The notes under the pieces are model-generated. The model did no database searches. It was given only the letters and a program-made list of their open reading frames with translations, and was not told the DNA's origin. A stretch of DNA of 64,000 nt. Origin: Calcarisporiella thermophila CBS 279.70. Lineage: Eukaryota; Fungi; Calcarisporiellomycota. Position 1 is the stretch's first letter; each line of letters opens with the position of its first letter. The DNA lies in NCBI RefSeq assembly GCF_041956535.1, contig NW_027192191.1, positions 1,251,443 through 1,315,442 on the forward strand. Reading direction: 5' to 3'. Both the position numbers and the translations under genes were made by a program. Shown here piece by piece: positions 62,044 to 64,000 of the stretch.

Positions 62044-62406
62044 ATGGCATCAGTTAATAACTAAACGAATTCCTTCGTTTTCCCTCTTAAAAACGGCAAA
62101 GTTGGTATCGTTGAAAAAAAAATAAACACAGACACTATAAAATAAAAAGAAATAAATAAATTAAACTTGTATGAGAGGGGGAAAAAAATTTAACAAAATA
62201 AACAGAAAAATAAATGCTTGATTGATATATATTCAAGCACGCAAAGACGAGAAAGCAAAAAGTGGAGAACAAAGAAATGTACTACTAGCTCATTCTCAGA
62301 AAGAATTGATCATTCGTGACTGGCAAAATTTAGGGTCACTTTGGAAATTTCTTTCTGTTTACAGCTTTTGCGGTAGCTATTTTAACTTCACCATTTGACC
62401 AAGGAA

Positions 62407-63133
62407 ATGTTAAAGCGCGTCCTTAAACACAGTAATCGCACTTCATACCTGGACGATCCAGATATAGAATCCTCGAGTGATGAGGAAGAAACAAATTTAA
62501 ATGAGGAGACCCTGAATAGACAAAAGAAGAAAGCCAAGATTAATCTTAACAGCGATGACTCTGATGAAGAAGACGATGGAGAGGAAGTAGAGGGGGGCTC
62601 AGAAGATGATTCAGATGAGCTTGAAGACTATGAAGAAGAACTTGAAGGACTGGCAGAGAATGAGGAGGAAATTGAGGGTGAAAACGAATTACCGGATTTA
62701 GAGGGCAATGAGATATACACCTGCGATCTATGTCCTGGAAAGACCCTCAAAAATAGACGCATGGTTGAAGTGCACTTAGAGTCCAAGGTAAATTGCCGGG
62801 AGATCGATGACTTGAGTAATCCTCTTTCAAACCTTTGCTTTTATAGGAACACAAGAAACGCGAAGAAAGGCGCCTAAAAGAAACAAAGAAAAGCTTGCTC
62901 ACTCCTGAAGAAATTGCCAAGCGTAAAGCGAAAAATGATGCCAAAAAACAACGTAGAGAAGCAAAGAAAAAAGAGGTAGGCGTGGTCTATATCGCCAAGC
63001 TTGTGTTTGCTTAAGACTAACTCGACTTATTTCATATTCGCTGCAATCATCGATTCAATAGAAACTAAAACTGAAAAGAAAACAACGCGATCAACGCAAG
63101 AGAGAAAAAAAGAAGGAGCAGAATAGTCAATAG
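62407..63133 (+). CDS. Uncharacterised acidic/basic nuclear protein with a single C2H2 (matrin/U1-like) finger, 3 exons
   Basis: D/E-rich tract, CDLCPGKTLKNRRMVEVHLESK/EHKKR, then a K/R-rich coiled tail to TAG at 63131-63133. Canonical GT-AG introns. Confidence 0.7.
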
Positions 63134-64000
63134 GGTGGATGTGAAAGCGCTTCATTGTAATTATTTTTCACCTTCATTGCATCTAGCTCTCTTTCTTTAT
63201 AAACGTGTCTATGGGTCACAATTTCTCTGCAACCTCTTTTTGCATAGCTACTGTAGAATATTTATTCGCCTTCAAGTTCCAGTAAACTACCAAATATCCC
63301 GACCAAACCGATAGAGAATTTTCCTTCATGTTTACTGTAATATTCCGCTTGCCGCGTCCAAACTAGTTACCCTAATACTTAATATTTATGGTGCTTGTGT
63401 CGTAATAAAACGCTCTACTCATATAGCGCAAATCACCAATAACATACTCTTTTTGAGTTTAAATTGTTTTTTTCACATTTAATAAACAATTCGAAGCTAA
63501 TCCAAACAAAAACAGCTGGGAAAACATCCATTTCAGAACGGTTTGAAAATCACACTCGACGCAATATTTGGAGGGTAGATCATTTCATAAACAGGGGCAA
63601 TGCAATAGCGTAGGGGAAAAGCGATTTAGCCAAGCCAAGCTAATCTACGATCGAATGCATACCCTTACAAAAGAGAGGGAAAAAGAAGACAGGAGAGCAC
63701 AGATAAAGTATAGATCAATATAACATTTGGGAACAAAAAATTTTTACATTAGAGAGAACTTTATTTTCGTTTGGTTATCGATTACTGAAAGAATTCAAAG
63801 GGTGGCCTGTGAGATAATGCATTAATTGGATCTAAAAAGTAGAATTGTGTCTCGGGACTAACGTCATTTTATTCTTTCGTTTATGTTCAACGCGCTTTGC
63901 ATTAATAACCTTCACATTCCATTGCTAAGTCCTACACTCTACTCTATTACCGTGATCAGCACTACCCACCCATCTTTTCCCCTTCGTCTTACCTTTATGT

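Noticed and set aside
63134-64000. Terminal 870-bp region
   Set aside because: No ORF, RNA gene or repeat recognisable; probably 3'UTR plus the promoter of the next gene.

Overview
Gene-dense, intron-rich eukaryotic DNA with fungal-type proteins. An AT-AC minor-spliceosome intron points to an early-diverging (non-Dikarya, Mucoromycota/Zoopagomycota-like) fungus; this taxonomy is inferred. I assembled 24 protein-coding genes by hand across short introns: PLD (partial), Trs65, Mpp6, Mn-CDF transporter, Mvp1, TMEM164, C2H2 TF, 6-phosphogluconolactonase, large-subunit catalase, cytochrome c heme lyase, THOC1, NDOR1/Tah18, Yhm2, an orphan Cys-rich membrane protein, PRMT3, MTHFR, a Chk2/Rad53-like kinase, Ctp1, Sly1, bHLH TF, Hir3, PIG-U, Cdc24 and Atg13. 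A 25th gene encodes an acidic/basic Zn-finger protein. I saw no transposon, rRNA, tRNA or CRISPR. The best non-obvious observations are: (1) a structured 311-nt last intron of MTHFR hiding a 38-nt frameshifting cassette exon that would replace the end of the SAM-regulatory domain; (2) a U12 AT-AC intron in NDOR1; (3) an unannotated non-coding host gene carrying an intronic snR47/U36 C/D snoRNA; (4) a checkpoint kinase with three FHA domains; (5) a HomolD-like YAGTCAC motif in nearly every divergent promoter; (6) a candidate poison exon in THOC1 and an overlapping uORF on ATG13. CDS coordinates are gene spans including introns, derived by eye without tools.
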